Source of the DNA: Octopus sinensis
Lineage: Eukaryota
Length of the DNA: 64,000 nucleotides
Assembly: GCF_006345805.1 (NCBI RefSeq)
Contig: NC_043013.1
Coordinates: 6,324,001-6,388,000 of the forward strand
Direction of reading: 5' to 3'
Part shown: piece by piece, positions 62,441 through 64,000 of the stretch
Position numbering within the stretch: position 1 is the stretch's first letter
How the letters are laid out: the number at the start of each line of letters is the position of its first letter
The notes under the pieces: generated by a model
What the model saw: the letters and a program-made list of their open reading frames with translations, nothing else
The model's database searches: none
Told to the model about the DNA's origin: nothing
Made by a program: the position numbers and the translations under genes

Positions 62441-62968
62441 TTGGGTTGTCCGGAAAGTTCGTGCCGATTTATAGTAGCTTAACTTTCGACTTATTTTAGA
62501 ACATGGTTGAGTTCATAAAATAGGATTTGACTACACTTCGATTTAGAGCACAGTTTTATGTTCCTATAACCTGTGTTAATTCTGTAACCCTTTAAAATAG
62601 AAGATAAGAAAGTACATTTTCGGCACTTGATGCTTTGGGAACCAGACAAAAATTGCTGCAGCTCGGCTGAGATGTATTACCCCACCCTCCATATTACTCC
62701 TTCGGATTTCCACTTATTCAGATCTCTGCAGAATAGTCTTAATGGTAAAAATTTCAATTCCTTGGATGACGTAAAAAGATACCTTGATGAATTCTTTGCC
62801 ATGAAACCACCTCAATTTTGGGAAGAGGGTATTTTCAAGTTAAAGGAAAGATGGAGACTCATTGGCAACAAAATGGTTCATATTTGGTTGATTAAAAATG
62901 TAATGGCAAGTATTTATTGACCTTTTTCTTTCCTTTAAAAATCGGCACGAACTTTCCGGACAACTCAA
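62441..62968 (+). mobile_element. Internally deleted mariner (Hsmar1/cecropia-like)
   Basis: 30-bp TIR TTGGGTTGTCCGGAAAGTTCGTGCCGATTT (1 mismatch), TA TSD, and PSDFHLFRSLQNSLNGKNF motif. Confidence 0.9.
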
Positions 62969-63319
62969 TACTTACGACAGTATAAGGACCTAAAACAATT
63001 GCTCGCTCGCAGATGACAGCTGTCTCTACTTTTACGTACCCACACTTACGCGTGCGCGCACGCACACACACAATACACACACACACAAGTAGGCATTCAT
63101 ATATATATATATTCTTTTATTCAATTACTCGTTTCAGTCATTTGACTGCGGCCATGCTGGAGCACCGCTTTTAGTCGAGCAAATCGACCCCAGGACTTAT
63201 ACTTTGTAAGCCTAGTACTTATTCTATCGTTCTCTTTTGCCGAACCGCTAAGTTACGAGGACGTAAACACCCGCATCGGTTGTCAAGCGATGGTTGGGGA
63301 GACAAACGCAGACACACGA

Positions 63320-63950
63320 GCATACATACATATACATACATACATACATACATTACATACATACAGCACTTGGCATACATGCATACATGCATGCATACAT
63401 ACATACCTACCATAACATTACATACATACATACATTTACATCATAACATACATACATACATACATCATACATACATAACATACATACCTACTACATACAT
63501 ACATACAGTACCACATACATACATACATACATAACATACATACATACACATACAATACATACATAACATTTTACATACATGCATACATAATACATACATA
63601 CATAACATACATACATCCATTACATACATACAGCAATACATACATACATACATACATGCATACACGCATGCATGCATTACACGCATGCATGCATACACAC
63701 ATGAATGCATACATTACATGCATACATACATACATACATATATTACATACATGCATACACATTATACAAATACATACATGCATACATAACATACATACAT
63801 GCATTACACACATGCATGCATACATTTTACATGCATGCATACATACATACAATACATACATACATACATACATACATACATACATACATACATACATACA
63901 TACACACATGCATGCATGCATACATGCATACATACATAATACTTACATAA
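63320..63950. repeat. Degenerate (ACAT)n microsatellite
   Basis: Directly visible tetranucleotide array. Confidence 0.95.
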
Positions 63951-64000
63951 ATATATATATAGGACGGGCTTCTTTCAGTTTCCGTCATCCAAATCCACTC

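Overview
AT-rich, microsatellite- and retroposon-dense eukaryotic DNA. The tRNA-derived SINE families and repeat landscape point to an octopus or other coleoid cephalopod; this is an inference. The clearest genes are a cluster of intronless tubulin-folding cofactor E (TBCE)-like genes with CAP-Gly, LRR and ubiquitin-like (UBL) domains. These are a single-unit gene (27370-28848, +), a convergent 914-aa ORF made of two units fused in frame (38474-41218, -), and a 3' remnant of a further copy (about 43653-43852, -). Two probable exons of a REXO5-like RNA exonuclease gene lie on the minus strand (20160-20336 and 2943-3094), with a decayed duplicate of the first exon nearby. The rest is SINEs, LINE fragments (RTE, Tx1/L1, CR1, R4/Dong-like), Tc1/mariner and pogo remnants, TTAA MITEs, a Helitron-like element, a solo LTR, foldback elements and microsatellites. 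Three candidate novel systems stand out. (1) A TBCE-like gene array that appears to fuse through a KLSPxM microhomology shared by the 5' leader and the UBL domain, with signs of gene conversion and LRR-surface divergence. (2) A set of short Penelope-like elements carrying minimal hammerhead-ribozyme motifs, including a variant CUGUAGA core, palindromic copies and one copy behind a tRNA-like Pol III head. (3) A decayed 2A/StopGo-like motif. No rRNA, intact tRNA gene or CRISPR array was seen. All alignments, counts and folds were done by eye, and repeat boundaries are approximate.
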